Position numbers and translations under genes: made by a program
Source of the DNA: an uncultured Pseudomonadota bacterium
Lineage (GTDB): Bacteria > Oederibacteriota > Muellerivitia > Muellerivitales > Muellerivitaceae
Direction: 5' to 3'
Assembly (NCBI GenBank): GCA_963836235.1
Contig: CAWIIP010000002.1
Coordinates: 512,001-576,000 of the forward strand
Length of the DNA stretch: 64,000 nucleotides
Notes under the pieces: model-generated
Told to the model about the DNA's origin: nothing
The model's database searches: none
The model's input: the letters and a program-made list of their open reading frames with translations, nothing else
In this document: positions 26,668 through 37,148 of the stretch, in pieces
Layout: every line of letters begins with the position of its first letter
Numbering within the stretch: position 1 is the stretch's first letter

Positions 26668-26696
26668 AGTTTACTCATCGTCTTGTCTATCGTCAA
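26668..26696 (-). promoter_or_regulatory. Promoter of tRNA-Thr
   Basis: TTGACG-17 nt-TAAACT on the minus strand. Confidence 0.65.
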
Positions 26697-26704
26697 TCGT
26701 GAAT

Positions 26705-26740
26705 AAAAAAATCCCCGGGTTTCTTTTGAAATCCGGGGAT
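26705..26740 (-). terminator. Rho-independent terminator after the CBM11-like gene
   Basis: ATCCCCGGATTTC...GAAACCCGGGGAT followed by a T-run. Confidence 0.85.
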
Positions 26741-26767
26741 CAGGGTAAGTCAAACTCTTAAAATGGG

Positions 26768-27904
26768 TTACTTGGCAATCACGTTATCCACTGCCACCGT
26801 AAACTTCCCAACGGTCTTAGGTTGGATATTAAAGGTGGCCACCTTACTGAAATCTTGGGGAGCTCCCTTTTTCGCGTCGGGAGGAGTGTAATAAGGGTCC
26901 AACTTGAAATCGCTTAAGGAAACCGAAACGGTCTCCCATTTTCCGCCCTTGTTTGCGGGAGTCTCCGCGACATATTGGTTGTTGTTATTGTCCTTAAGGG
27001 CTAAACCAAGAACCACAGGATCCTTGGAGTAAATCATCAAGCTAATAGTCTTGAGCCCCGTGAGATTAGCTCCCTTCCAATCGGCCCCACCTGCCCGGCA
27101 CCACATTCCGCAATATCCGCCCTGCTTTAATTCGTAAGCGATGGAAAGATATTGTTGGCCCTTCTTATTAGGATTGTCCTTAGCTGTGAAAGTAAAGGAA
27201 GATCCCTGGCTGTCTTGAAAGGTACCCCCGTTTTTAGGATCAGTGATACCAGTACAATCGAGTATCGCCGTGGAAGTTCCAGAAGAAACCATTGATACAG
27301 CGGGAGTGGCGGAAGAAACCGTACTGGCTGTTCCGGCGGAAGCAGCGGTAGATGCTGAGGCGTTCCCCGCGGTTTCAACCGGCCCGATCAATACGACGGA
27401 AGCTCCCTGCATTTGAGGCGAGAAATTCAGGTTTCCCACCTTGCTCAAATCCATAGGGTGGCCCGCGATAGCGTCCGGCGGAGTGTAATAAGGGTCCTTC
27501 GCGAATGATGATAAATTAACCGTCACCAGGGTCCAATCGGCGGAAGGAATCGTGACCTTTGTAATGTATTGGACGTTAAATGCGTCCTTGATGGCAATTT
27601 GGAGATCGCCCGGAATGGTGGCTTTAGCCATAAATTTCAGGGAAGCTGCTTTTGAAAAATCCCAGGCGCCACCGGTATAGACTCCGGCGTAACCGTTCGC
27701 CACAATATTGCAAGTCATCTTGAGAGCCTTGTCACTGCCTTTGGGACCGGCGTCATAAGTAAAATCGATCTTGGAACCGTTACTATCCTGGTAGGTTCCC
27801 GCCATGCCGGCTTGGACGGAAGTCCAATCTTGGACCACATCCGCGAAAGCGGCGGATGCTTGCAGTAAAAATCCCGCCACCAATAAGCTCAGAAATCTTT
27901 TCAT
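26768..27904 (-). CDS. Secreted protein with two CBM11/CIA30-like carbohydrate-binding domains
   Basis: Signal peptide ending AFA; two homologous halves (GTY/FQDSxGS, DPYYTPPDA..G.P.D.SKV) joined by an Ala/Ser/Thr linker. Confidence 0.8.
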   Translation of the reverse strand: MKRFLSLLVAGFLLQASAAFADVVQDWTSVQAGMAGTYQDSNGSKIDFTYDAGPKGSDKALKMTCNIVANGYAGVYTGGAWDFSKAASLKFMAKATIPGDLQIAIKDAFNVQYITKVTIPSADWTLVTVNLSSFAKDPYYTPPDAIAGHPMDLSKVGNLNFSPQMQGASVVLIGPVETAGNASASTAASAGTASTVSSATPAVSMVSSGTSTAILDCTGITDPKNGGTFQDSQGSSFTFTAKDNPNKKGQQYLSIAYELKQGGYCGMWCRAGGADWKGANLTGLKTISLMIYSKDPVVLGLALKDNNNNQYVAETPANKGGKWETVSVSLSDFKLDPYYTPPDAKKGAPQDFSKVATFNIQPKTVGKFTVAVDNVIAK

Positions 27905-27938
27905 CTTGTTTCTCCTTAAATTTTTTCGGCTTCCAAAA

Positions 27939-28121
27939 TTAAAACTTATCTTCAATCAAACCCAAAAATGTCAATTCCACCACAACCCAAATTGTGGCAT
28001 AAACAATGAAAGTTGAAATTTCATGGCGAACGCTCCATCCCACATAGCTGAAAAGTGAAAAAATGGAATAATTCAAGAACCAAAGAATCAGCGCCATTCG
28101 TGGAAGACTAAAGTTTTTCAT
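27939..28121 (-). CDS. Small two-TM membrane protein (60 aa)
   Basis: AGGAG SD before ATG 28121 (MKNFSL...); two hydrophobic stretches. Confidence 0.55.
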   Translation of the reverse strand: MKNFSLPRMALILWFLNYSIFSLFSYVGWSVRHEISTFIVYATIWVVVELTFLGLIEDKF

Positions 28122-28154
28122 CGAGCATCTCCTGAAATATAGCCGGTCTTTCAA

Positions 28155-28763
28155 CTAGGGAACGGCGATAGATTTTAAGCTAGACCTTAAAATTTCTTCA
28201 ACTGTTGATTTCTCCCCAAGCACATGAATCGAGGCCAAAACCGCCCTGCGTGACTCCGCTACCGAATATCCCAAAGTCATCATGGCTTGAATCGCATCCG
28301 AAATGTTCTTGGTTTCAACGTTAAAAACACTTTCCTCGAATAATACTCCACCACCCACCAATTTAGTTACCTTATCTTTCAGTTCCAAAACAACATGTTG
28401 AGCCGTTTTCTGTCCTATTCCGGGAATGGATTTAAGCAAAGTCAAATCATTACGAAGAATCGCCTGGTAGAAGGTTTCCGGGTCAAATGCGGAAAGGATG
28501 TTCATGGCAGCCCTAGGCCCGATACCGGAAACGGATAAGGCCAAGAGAAAAGTCTGTTTTTCAGAATCTTTCAAAAACCCGAAAAGCTGGAGTATATCCT
28601 CCCGAACATGGAGATAGGTTTTCAAAAGAACATTTTTACCGGCTGGGGGAAGGGCTTGCAGGGTTTTCTGCGACACAAAAAGTTCGTAGCCTACCCCATT
28701 AACGTCAATTTCCACCCGATCGGGAAACTTCCCGGTTAAGACTCCCTGCAAAAAGGCGATCAT
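28155..28763 (-). CDS. ruvA: Holliday junction branch-migration protein RuvA
   Basis: DVNGVGYE, VSGIGPR, IPGIGQKTA. Confidence 0.97.
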   Translation of the reverse strand: MIAFLQGVLTGKFPDRVEIDVNGVGYELFVSQKTLQALPPAGKNVLLKTYLHVREDILQLFGFLKDSEKQTFLLALSVSGIGPRAAMNILSAFDPETFYQAILRNDLTLLKSIPGIGQKTAQHVVLELKDKVTKLVGGGVLFEESVFNVETKNISDAIQAMMTLGYSVAESRRAVLASIHVLGEKSTVEEILRSSLKSIAVP

Positions 28764-28874
28764 TACCCCTCCGAAAATCGTCGGGAGCTATTCTTTTAAT
28801 TTCCGAGTTCTCAAGTAAAAATCTCTTCAACCAAAATCTCAAAACCAAGGACCCAAAACTTTCCCTAGCGCGGT

Positions 28875-29444
28875 TTAGTCCTCTAAGAATTTAAGGTGAA
28901 CCAAGATATGCAAGAGTTCCTCGACCTGGGTTAAAGCTGGAGCTTCCTTGTTTTGAGTAGCCGCATACCAAAAAGAAATGATGTTTTGATCCAGCCAAAT
29001 ACCTTTGGTCTCGAAATCTTCATCGATGACCAAAGCCTTGTAATAATGCTCATCCAGTTCATTATCGGAAATGGGGCTTTTCAAACCCGAGGAGCGAAGC
29101 TTGATATGTTCTTTGGCTTGGTTAAAATATTTCTGGTCATCTTCGTTCAGGTTTTCAAACACCACCTGGGCCGCTTCACGGTCAATTGCTTCCAAAATGC
29201 TCTTATCAATCCAAACACCCATGGATTCCTCATCCCAAAGGTATTCATGGCCTTGGTGCTCCATAATGGTCATAGGTTGGCTGCTATCCGGACTGAGTTT
29301 TTCCGATTTTCCTTTGTTAACCGTATCCTTCGAAAAATCTTCGGCCACAACGTTGAATTTCTCGTCCGCGGGATACCCGCACTCCGGACAATAGCGGGCG
29401 TTCTCAAAAAGCTTGTTTCGGCAATTTTTACATTTCATAGACAT
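28875..29444 (-). CDS. Zinc-ribbon protein with two Cys-free zf-TFIIB-like repeats
   Basis: CKNC...CPECG; then SPDS...MGVWID and SPIS...KGIWLD. Confidence 0.75.
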   Translation of the reverse strand: MSMKCKNCRNKLFENARYCPECGYPADEKFNVVAEDFSKDTVNKGKSEKLSPDSSQPMTIMEHQGHEYLWDEESMGVWIDKSILEAIDREAAQVVFENLNEDDQKYFNQAKEHIKLRSSGLKSPISDNELDEHYYKALVIDEDFETKGIWLDQNIISFWYAATQNKEAPALTQVEELLHILVHLKFLED

Positions 29445-29451
29445 AAGTCTC

Positions 29452-30024
29452 CTATCGTTTCAAAATCATTGAACCGGCAACCGGATTGCGGGAAAGCTTT
29501 TTAATCGCTTCCGATAAACGGGTCCCCGAGCATTGCGCATGCGTAATGGCAATCGCCAAGGCATCCGCCGTATCGTCAGGTTTTGGGACCTCCGTCAGTC
29601 CCAACAGCAACTTCACCATCTTTTGAATCTGCTCCTTGTCCGCGCCGCCATAGCCGGCCACGGCTTGCTTCACTTCAACCGGCTTATATTCGTAAACCGG
29701 AAGCCCGGCCAAACCACAAGCCAAAAGGGCTACTCCCCTCGCCTGCCCGACCACAATGGCCGTTTTCACGTTGCGGGAGAAAAACAACTCTTCCACGGCG
29801 ACCATTTCCGGCTTTACCTTTTTCAAAACCTTTTGCACCTGTTTGAAAATCACGGCCAGTCTTTGTTCCAACGGCTGGTGGGCTTCGGTGGTTAAGGTTC
29901 CATAAGCCAAAGCCTTCATTTGGCTTCCCTGCTGAATCACCGCTCCATAACCCATCCGGGCCAATCCTGGGTCAATTCCCAAAATCACTTTTTTCCCGGC
30001 TTGCGGAAAACTTTTATCTTTCAA
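29452..30024 (-). CDS. ruvC: Holliday junction resolvase RuvC
   Basis: ILGIDPG, VEELFF, GQARGV, DDTADALA. Confidence 0.97.
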   Translation of the reverse strand: MKDKSFPQAGKKVILGIDPGLARMGYGAVIQQGSQMKALAYGTLTTEAHQPLEQRLAVIFKQVQKVLKKVKPEMVAVEELFFSRNVKTAIVVGQARGVALLACGLAGLPVYEYKPVEVKQAVAGYGGADKEQIQKMVKLLLGLTEVPKPDDTADALAIAITHAQCSGTRLSEAIKKLSRNPVAGSMILKR

Positions 30025-30763
30025 GCTTCGCCATGATTTCGTCGCTCACCTCGAAATTCGCGTATACGTTTTGGACGTCGTCATGCTCATCCAAGGCATC
30101 ATAAAGTTTAAAAACCGATTCGGCTTTTTTCTCGTCCAGGGGAACGGTAGTCTTGGGGATCAGAGTCACTTCCGCGCTTTCGGGAGTGATTTTCTGGTCT
30201 TCTATGGCCTTTTTTACTTTCTCAAAAGCCTCCGGCGGAGTCGTGATCTCATAAACATCAGATTTATCGGTTTTTAAATCTTCCGCCCCGGCCTCCAAAA
30301 CCAAACCCATGAGGTCATCTTCGCCTATGGCTTCTTTTTTGACGATAATCAGTCCCTTTTTGTCGAACATAAAACTAACCGATCCCGATTCACCCATATT
30401 TCCACCGTATTTTGAAAAAACAGAACGGATATCGGCCGCGGTCCGGTTGCGGTTATCTGATACGGCTTCCACCAAAATGGCCACTCCCGCCGGGCCATAG
30501 CCCTCGTAAAGCATTTCCTCCAGAGCCGCCCCGCCTTCGGCCCCGGTTCCTTTATTGATAGCCCTTTTGATGGTGTCCGCGGGCATACTGACTTCCTTAG
30601 CCTTTAAAATAATGGTGCGCAACCGAAGATTCGTATCCGGATCGCCACCGCTCTTAGCCGCCAATTGAATTTCCTTGGACAGTCGGGAAAAGACCTGGCC
30701 GCGCTTCTGGTCCAGCGCGCCTTTATATCTTTTGACTTTCGCCCATTTACTGTGGCCGCTCAT
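30014..30763 (-). CDS. yebC: YebC/PmpR family protein
   Basis: MSGHSKW, YEGYGPAGV, DNRNRT, DDVQNVYANF. Confidence 0.97.
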   Translation of the reverse strand: MSGHSKWAKVKRYKGALDQKRGQVFSRLSKEIQLAAKSGGDPDTNLRLRTIILKAKEVSMPADTIKRAINKGTGAEGGAALEEMLYEGYGPAGVAILVEAVSDNRNRTAADIRSVFSKYGGNMGESGSVSFMFDKKGLIIVKKEAIGEDDLMGLVLEAGAEDLKTDKSDVYEITTPPEAFEKVKKAIEDQKITPESAEVTLIPKTTVPLDEKKAESVFKLYDALDEHDDVQNVYANFEVSDEIMAKLER

Positions 30764-31018
30764 ATCCTCATCCCATCAAATTAAAATTTTCAAACTATCT
30801 TCGTTTTTAATTTTTTAGTGGTCTTCGTTAGCTTTGTCGGCCAGAAAAACAAAGGTTTTTCGGGGATAAATTTAGTCCTAAAACGACAAAAGGCCGTTTT
30901 CTTGAAATCACCTCAAGAAAACGAACCTTTGTTGGACGAAATTATAACTGATGTTAAGACGCCAAGGCTAGAAAAAACCAGCCTTGTTTTCAAAAAAGTA
31001 ACAGTAATTTCAATTAAT

Positions 31019-32770
31019 TTAGTTCATTTTTTTCAAGGGAAGTTCTTTATCTTCCGGCAAAACTCCTGCCAAAAGAAGAACCAAAGGCGCATTCCAATTA
31101 ATCGCCACTTCATTGGAGGAATAAGAACCCTGTTCATCCAAGTAAAATCTAGCTGGAGGGCCTTTGGACAATTGGCTAAGAACCGGATCCCCAGGATGTT
31201 GATTAGGCCCTCCCGCCAAAAGCCCTGGCCATGGCTGGGGCAGCCCCAAGGCCGCACTGGGACGGTGGTGGGGATGTAGGACCGAATGGCTTCCCAATTG
31301 GGTTACAAAACAAAGAGCAAAGGTATTCCGCCCAAAAAGGTAATGAAGATTCTCCAATGCGGTGGAAAAATAATCCGGATTCAGTTTGATGCGATAGGCG
31401 GCCAAAAGCATCACGCCGAAATTGGCGGCCACAGCGTTGGAACCCCAAATATAATTATCCGCCCGGAGGCTGTGGTGGTAACCGATTTTACGAGAAGCTT
31501 CCACCACCTTATCGGCGGCATCCAGGGTTTGTTCCTGGATATCCTCGATCGTTTTGGCATCAGCTTCTTCACTATCTGAAAAGGCATAGTCCCAAAGTCC
31601 CAAATTGGCCACCGTACCCCAAGCCTGGGGCCAAAGATCGGAAACAGGATAGCGTTTATAGTTTTCAACGAAATAGCGGCCATATTCTATTTTGTCTGTC
31701 AGCCGGAACAATTCGGCCGAAGCCCAGAGGATTTCATCTCCACAATCGCCGTCCCCATAACCTCCGGTGGAAACACCCGGGGGATTTGAAAAAATCACAT
31801 TAGGATGAGCTCTCATCCACTTCCACGCCCTTTCCGAGGCCTCTTGGCATTGCTTGGCATATTGGGGAAGAAACGGTTTGTAAATACGGGCCGCCATAGC
31901 CATAACCGCCGAGAAATCGGCCGTTGCGCCAGAACTTTTAAAGGGCTCTTTACCCGTACCGATAATATAGCGTGTTCCCCCGTCATCTTTTTCCGGGGCC
32001 ACAAAGCTGCAAAACTTTTCCGTGGTCAGCTTGTGCCAGACGCCACCGTCCCCATCCTGCATGGTCAACATCCAATCCAGGTTCCATTTGACCTCGTTCA
32101 GGATGTCGGGCAGGCCGTTGCCGGATTCAGGGATATCTAGTCGGATAGCGCCGATTTTTTCGGGGTACCACTCATAAGCCCAAAGCAAGGTTCCACAAGA
32201 AATGCCTGAATTCACCACATACTTGCCGTAATCCCCAGCGTCATGCCAACCTTTGGTCGCGTCCTTCCTGCCCTTCTTGCCCGAAGATACGTGGAACACA
32301 CCATCCTCTGTGTGACAGGCTTCGTGGTGGTATTGGGGAAACCGAGGGCTGAGGTCGACCCTAATCCCGCACCGCTGGCCGTAATAGGACCGCATGCAAA
32401 GATAGTAGGCGTCGGAATAAACATCCGGCGCAACATGAAAGTGAAAGCTCTCCCCGACTCCTGGAACAGTAATATAGAACTCGCCGGTTTCTTGGAGCGT
32501 GGAAAAGTTGGCCTCCCGCAAACTATCCCCCGAATCAGGATCGCCAGCCGGTAATCCCAGCCGCCCCGTGAAGACAATTGAATGGTCCGAAGCGCGGCGC
32601 ACTTGGAAGGAACCTTTGGCTTTTACGGATGTGATGAAAGCGCTTTTGGCTTGGCTGGGGAGGTATCCAACTTGGTCCACTTTGATGTCCAAGCTGGGAT
32701 CGGGAAAAACTCGGCAAGTAACCAGAATTGCCCAGAGGAAAGAAAAACCAGTTATTCTCTTCAATCGCAC
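31019..32770 (-). CDS. Secreted glycoside hydrolase family 9 (Ig-like + GH9)
   Basis: DQVGY Ig-domain start; GWHDAGDYGKY, HPHHRPS, YSSNEVAINWNAPL catalytic motifs. Confidence 0.95.
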   Translation of the reverse strand: MRLKRITGFSFLWAILVTCRVFPDPSLDIKVDQVGYLPSQAKSAFITSVKAKGSFQVRRASDHSIVFTGRLGLPAGDPDSGDSLREANFSTLQETGEFYITVPGVGESFHFHVAPDVYSDAYYLCMRSYYGQRCGIRVDLSPRFPQYHHEACHTEDGVFHVSSGKKGRKDATKGWHDAGDYGKYVVNSGISCGTLLWAYEWYPEKIGAIRLDIPESGNGLPDILNEVKWNLDWMLTMQDGDGGVWHKLTTEKFCSFVAPEKDDGGTRYIIGTGKEPFKSSGATADFSAVMAMAARIYKPFLPQYAKQCQEASERAWKWMRAHPNVIFSNPPGVSTGGYGDGDCGDEILWASAELFRLTDKIEYGRYFVENYKRYPVSDLWPQAWGTVANLGLWDYAFSDSEEADAKTIEDIQEQTLDAADKVVEASRKIGYHHSLRADNYIWGSNAVAANFGVMLLAAYRIKLNPDYFSTALENLHYLFGRNTFALCFVTQLGSHSVLHPHHRPSAALGLPQPWPGLLAGGPNQHPGDPVLSQLSKGPPARFYLDEQGSYSSNEVAINWNAPLVLLLAGVLPEDKELPLKKMN

Positions 32771-32776
32771 CTTTAA

Positions 32777-34024
32777 TTACTGCTTTGCAATTATCTTCAC
32801 AAAAATTTTTCCGGCACGAATTATGCCGTGACCATTAGCTGTCATTAAAGTCGTATGATTGAAAGATTCTATTTTTATCTTCACGCCATTATCGGCAACC
32901 CAGTCAACTGCACCTTGATCTATTAACCTTTTGGCATCACTTTTTGTTTTTGTGGCACCAATTTCCACTAACAAATCCACTATTTTATGTACTCCGGCTT
33001 CAACCTCAACCACGGGATAATCTACAGTTGTATTTAAATTATGTCGGTTATCGAAATAATCCCAAGCTTCCTTGGCTTTAACTTCCCCATAAAACCTTTG
33101 GGTGATTTCCTTGGCCAGTTCTTGCTTGGCTCGTTTGGGGTGATATTCACCCTTCCCAACCTTGTTTTTCCTGTCTTCCCAAGCGGCCGTCGGCAAATCG
33201 GAAAGAAGTTCGTAATATTTCCACATAAGGTCGTCCGATACGCTCATCAGCTTCGAGAACATCTCGTTGGGAATATCCGTCACGCCCACGTAATTACCCA
33301 GGCTCTTGGACATCTTTTTGACTCCATCCAACCCCTCAAGAATAGGGACACTGATAATAGCCTCGGGCTTCTGGCCCGCTTCTTCCTGTAACGCCCGGCC
33401 CACAAGGCAATTGAACTTCTGGTCGGTGCCACACATTTCCACGTCGGACTGAAGCACGACTGAGTCGTAGCCTTGGATAAGGGGGTAAAGCAACTCGTGG
33501 AGGCTGATGGGCCTTTGTTCTTTCATACGGTTAGTAAAATCGTCTCGTTCGAGGATACGGGCCACCGTATATTGAGAAGCCAAGCGGATGACCTCCTCAA
33601 AGCTCATCGGGCGGCACCATTCGCTGTTGTAACGGATTTCAACTTTAGCCGGGTCTTTATCAAGAACCTTGAATACCTGTTCCATATAAGTTTTGGCGTT
33701 GGCTTCGACCTCTTCACGAGTTAAGGGTTTTCGGGTAGCCGATTTGCCAGTGGGGTCACCAATCATAGCGGTGAAATCGCCAATGAGGAATTGCACCTTA
33801 TGGCCCAAGTCTTGGAACTGGCGGAGTTTGCGTAAAACTACCGTGTGGCCCAGGTGAATATCCGGAGCTGAGGGATCAGCACCCCATTTCACTTTAAGGG
33901 GCTTTCCTTCTCTATACGATTCCTTAAGTTTATCCAGAAGCTCGTGACGGGAAATGACTTCAGCGGTTCCCCGGGAAAGTTCTTCCAGTTGTTGCTCAGG
34001 CGTTTTCGGAAAATTCGTTTTCAT
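32777..34024 (-). CDS. tyrS: Tyrosine--tRNA ligase
   Basis: [19 protein letters not shown]-terminal S4 domain; probable start ATG 34024. Confidence 0.97.
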   Translation of the reverse strand: MKTNFPKTPEQQLEELSRGTAEVISRHELLDKLKESYREGKPLKVKWGADPSAPDIHLGHTVVLRKLRQFQDLGHKVQFLIGDFTAMIGDPTGKSATRKPLTREEVEANAKTYMEQVFKVLDKDPAKVEIRYNSEWCRPMSFEEVIRLASQYTVARILERDDFTNRMKEQRPISLHELLYPLIQGYDSVVLQSDVEMCGTDQKFNCLVGRALQEEAGQKPEAIISVPILEGLDGVKKMSKSLGNYVGVTDIPNEMFSKLMSVSDDLMWKYYELLSDLPTAAWEDRKNKVGKGEYHPKRAKQELAKEITQRFYGEVKAKEAWDYFDNRHNLNTTVDYPVVEVEAGVHKIVDLLVEIGATKTKSDAKRLIDQGAVDWVADNGVKIKIESFNHTTLMTANGHGIIRAGKIFVKIIAKQ

Positions 34025-34112
34025 AGGGCCCATATCATAACAAAAGTGTTTTGAACGGGCTGTTGAAAAAGAGGGTGGCTGGCTATAATGAGCCCCTTCG
34101 AAAACCAAGTTC

Positions 34113-36347
34113 ATGAGGAATGATTTGCCCATCGAAAAAATCGAGAAAGCCAACCGGCCTTTTCCCACTTTCCTAAAGGTCGCCTTCGCCATTTTTTTCG
34201 CCCTGGCGGGCATCGGCATAGGCTGCCTTTACGCCCAGTTGCAGGACCTGCCTGACATTAAACTCCTTCAAACCACCAGCCCTTCCCAGGCCACCCGTAT
34301 TTATGACATCAACGGCGAGGTTATCAGCCAGCTCTGGCTGGAACAACGGACACTGGTATCCCTGGATAAGATTCCCCTAACCCTGCAAAACGCCCTCATC
34401 GCCATCGAGGACGACCGCTTTTACCGCCATATCGGCATTGACCCCATTGGTATTGCCCGCGCCTTCATTCAAAACATCCGGCACGCAGGCCAAAAAGTGG
34501 AAGGGGGGAGTACCCTCACCCAACAACTGGCCCGGAATCTTTTTTTAACCCATGAAAAAACATTCACCCGCAAAATCCGCGAAGCCCTTCTAGCCCTTCA
34601 AATTGAGAGGAATTATTCGAAGAAAGAAATTTTGGAAATGTACCTGAACCAAATTTACTTTGGGGAAGGCGCCTATGGGGTGGAATCGGCGGCCCGGAGC
34701 TATTTTGGGAAGCACGTGGAGGAATTGACCCTGCCCGAATGCGCCATGCTGGCCAGCCTGCCCAAAGCTCCGACCGATTACGACCCTTATAAACATCCTT
34801 TGGAGGCCCTGGGCCGCCGAAACCTGGTCTTGAACGCCATGGCCGAGCACGGATTTATTAGCCCGCAAGACGCTATCGACGCCCGGAACGTTCCAGTTGA
34901 GCTCAAGAAAATTGAGGTCCAAAATGCCCCTTACTTCGTGGAATATGTCCGTCAGCAATTGGAAGCCCGTTACGGAACCAACGCGGTTTATAAGGGAGGC
35001 CTTTCGGTTTACACCACCCTCGACCTGAAGATGCAGGAAGCGGCCCAACGGGCCCTTTCCCGGGGCGTGGAAAACGCCGAAATCGTGGCCCGCAAGAACC
35101 GGCTGACCAATATCCCCGTGGACCAGCCTATCCAGGGGGCCCTTTTGGCCATGGATCCCCATACGGGGGCTATCCGCGCCATGATCGGCGGGATCGACTT
35201 CCGTAAGAGCGTCTTTAACCGTGCCATCCAGGCCCGACGCCAGCCTGGGTCCGCTTTCAAGCCTTTCATTTACGCGGCGGCCATCGAAAACGGCTATACC
35301 ATGGCCGATGTTTTCCTGGATTCCCCCGTGGTTTATCCAGACCCGATCACAGGCCTACCCTGGCGTCCCACGAACTTTTCTGGAAAATTCAAGGGCCCCA
35401 CAACCCTCCACACAGCCCTGATGTATTCCATCAACGTGGTCACCATTAAACTTTTGGAAAAGCTCGGTATCCAGCCGGTAGTCAGCGTGGCCCGCCGCCT
35501 AGGGATAACCACACCTATTAAGCCCAACCTTACTCTGGGGTTGGGAACTTCCGAGGTGAATTTGGAGGAAATGGTCCAGGCTTTCTCGGTTTTCGACAAC
35601 CAGGGTGTGCGGGTAGAGCCCTTCGGGATCTTAAGCGTCAAGGATTCTTCAGACCATGTTTTGGAAAGCAATACGCCCGTAGCCCAGGAAGTATTGGACC
35701 CGCAAGTGGCTTATATCATGACTAATACCATGCGGGACGTCATTGACCAGGGAACCGGCCGGATCATCCGCCGGTTGGGTTTCACCTATCCCGCCGCTGG
35801 TAAAACCGGAACCACCAACGACAACGTGGACGCTTGGTTTATCGGCTTTACGCCTAGCCTCACTTGCGGGGTCTGGATCGGCTATGACGAACGCCAAAGC
35901 CTGGGAAAAAAGCAAACGGGCGGAGAAGCCGCTGCCCCTATTTGGGCCGAATTTATGAAAGAAGCCACCGAGGAAAAACCAGCGGAGAATTTTCAGCCCC
36001 CAAAAGGTTCGGAGGATGAATTTGTGCATAAGAAAATCTGCCTGGATTCCGGGCTCTTAGCCACGGCCTTTTGTCCCCGCACCCGGGATGAGATTTTCAA
36101 GAAGGAAACCGCTCCCACCAAGCTTTGCAACTTGCATTCCGGAGCGGGGGAAACCTCCCCAGGAACAGACGAAACGGGAAATAGTAATGCTTCCGCCCAA
36201 CCCAACAGCGACATCCTAGAAATGGGAGGCCCAGCGGTAGTAAAAACCGCTCCGACGACTGCGGCCACACCGGGCGAGGAAGAGGATCAAGGCACGGAAA
36301 AGAAACCCGTAAACGGACAGGAAGCCTATCCTGACGAGGGTTTTTAA
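34113..36347 (+). CDS. Class A penicillin-binding protein (PBP1A family)
   Basis: TM anchor; EDDRFY and GGSTLTQQL (transglycosylase); SAFK, SIN, KTGT (transpeptidase). Confidence 0.96.
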   Translation: MRNDLPIEKIEKANRPFPTFLKVAFAIFFALAGIGIGCLYAQLQDLPDIKLLQTTSPSQATRIYDINGEVISQLWLEQRTLVSLDKIPLTLQNALIAIEDDRFYRHIGIDPIGIARAFIQNIRHAGQKVEGGSTLTQQLARNLFLTHEKTFTRKIREALLALQIERNYSKKEILEMYLNQIYFGEGAYGVESAARSYFGKHVEELTLPECAMLASLPKAPTDYDPYKHPLEALGRRNLVLNAMAEHGFISPQDAIDARNVPVELKKIEVQNAPYFVEYVRQQLEARYGTNAVYKGGLSVYTTLDLKMQEAAQRALSRGVENAEIVARKNRLTNIPVDQPIQGALLAMDPHTGAIRAMIGGIDFRKSVFNRAIQARRQPGSAFKPFIYAAAIENGYTMADVFLDSPVVYPDPITGLPWRPTNFSGKFKGPTTLHTALMYSINVVTIKLLEKLGIQPVVSVARRLGITTPIKPNLTLGLGTSEVNLEEMVQAFSVFDNQGVRVEPFGILSVKDSSDHVLESNTPVAQEVLDPQVAYIMTNTMRDVIDQGTGRIIRRLGFTYPAAGKTGTTNDNVDAWFIGFTPSLTCGVWIGYDERQSLGKKQTGGEAAAPIWAEFMKEATEEKPAENFQPPKGSEDEFVHKKICLDSGLLATAFCPRTRDEIFKKETAPTKLCNLHSGAGETSPGTDETGNSNASAQPNSDILEMGGPAVVKTAPTTAATPGEEEDQGTEKKPVNGQEAYPDEGF

Positions 36348-36389
36348 ACCGCCTTTTCAAAATTAAAATTCTAATTAGAAATTCAGGCT

Positions 36390-37148
36390 TTATTCGACGA
36401 TTTTATACTTTTTCCGAATTTCCGGTTCGGGTAACGCGTCGTAATGCCACCATTCATGCGAAAGTTGAATGAATCCCGCGCCGGTCATAGCTTTTCTCAA
36501 GATCAATCGGTTATCCATTTGTTTTCTATTCAATTTTCCTTCCTTCAAAAACTTCTCCTCCAACTTCGGCTCCGAGAGTTCGGAAAAAGAATCAAAGCCC
36601 GTACCCATGTCAATTTCCTTGCCCTTGCCATCCAACAAGCTCAAATCCACCGCCATGCCATAGTTGTGAGGAGAACCGATTTCTGCGTTGGCCACATACT
36701 TGCGCTGGGGCGTGTCTTTCACCCGGTTCCACATGACCCACTGCACCGAGTGCAGCCGCAAGGCGTCAAAAATAACGAAGGACCAACCTGGTTTTTTCTT
36801 TTTCAAGAGTTCTACGGCTTTTTTGAATTTTATCGCTGCGTCCTTATGAAGAAACGCCCTATTGAACGACCCGTACATATCGATGCCCATGAAATTATCC
36901 GTGGTGGCGTATTTCAGGGAAATAACGACGTTCGATAGGGTTGAAAGATCGATGTAATCAGGATCATGCTCGAGTTTGTTCAATGAGTCCGCCGGTGAAC
37001 TTTGTTTTAAAAATGTGTTGGATTTTAATCCGGGATCGGCCAAAACAAATGAACTGAAAAATAAAATCAGGAGAACGAAAAACTGGGTTCCGGCTCTGCT
37101 TACCGTCACAACCGGACCATTAAGCGGGCGTTCCCTTGATCTGATCAA
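36390..37148 (-). CDS. D-Ala-D-Ala dipeptidase (M15D, VanX/DdpX-like), probably exported; start uncertain
   Basis: YATTDNF, SPHNYGMAVD, DMGTGFD, EWWHY. Confidence 0.9.
   Translation of the reverse strand: MIRSRERPLNGPVVTVSRAGTQFFVLLILFFSSFVLADPGLKSNTFLKQSSPADSLNKLEHDPDYIDLSTLSNVVISLKYATTDNFMGIDMYGSFNRAFLHKDAAIKFKKAVELLKKKKPGWSFVIFDALRLHSVQWVMWNRVKDTPQRKYVANAEIGSPHNYGMAVDLSLLDGKGKEIDMGTGFDSFSELSEPKLEEKFLKEGKLNRKQMDNRLILRKAMTGAGFIQLSHEWWHYDALPEPEIRKKYKIVE

Noticed and set aside
26300-26767. tRNA-Thr as a possible genomic-island integration site
   Set aside because: No integrase seen and no duplicated tRNA 3' end noticed; rpsP follows directly.
30895-30923. 11-bp inverted repeat CGTTTTCTTGA/TCAAGAAAACG between the GH9 gene and yebC
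   Set aside because: Real, but most simply a terminator-like hairpin or operator with nothing further to distinguish it.
34025-34219. N-terminal extension of tyrS in the ORF track
   Set aside because: Overlaps the divergent PBP1A start; TyrS-like sequence begins near ATG 34024.
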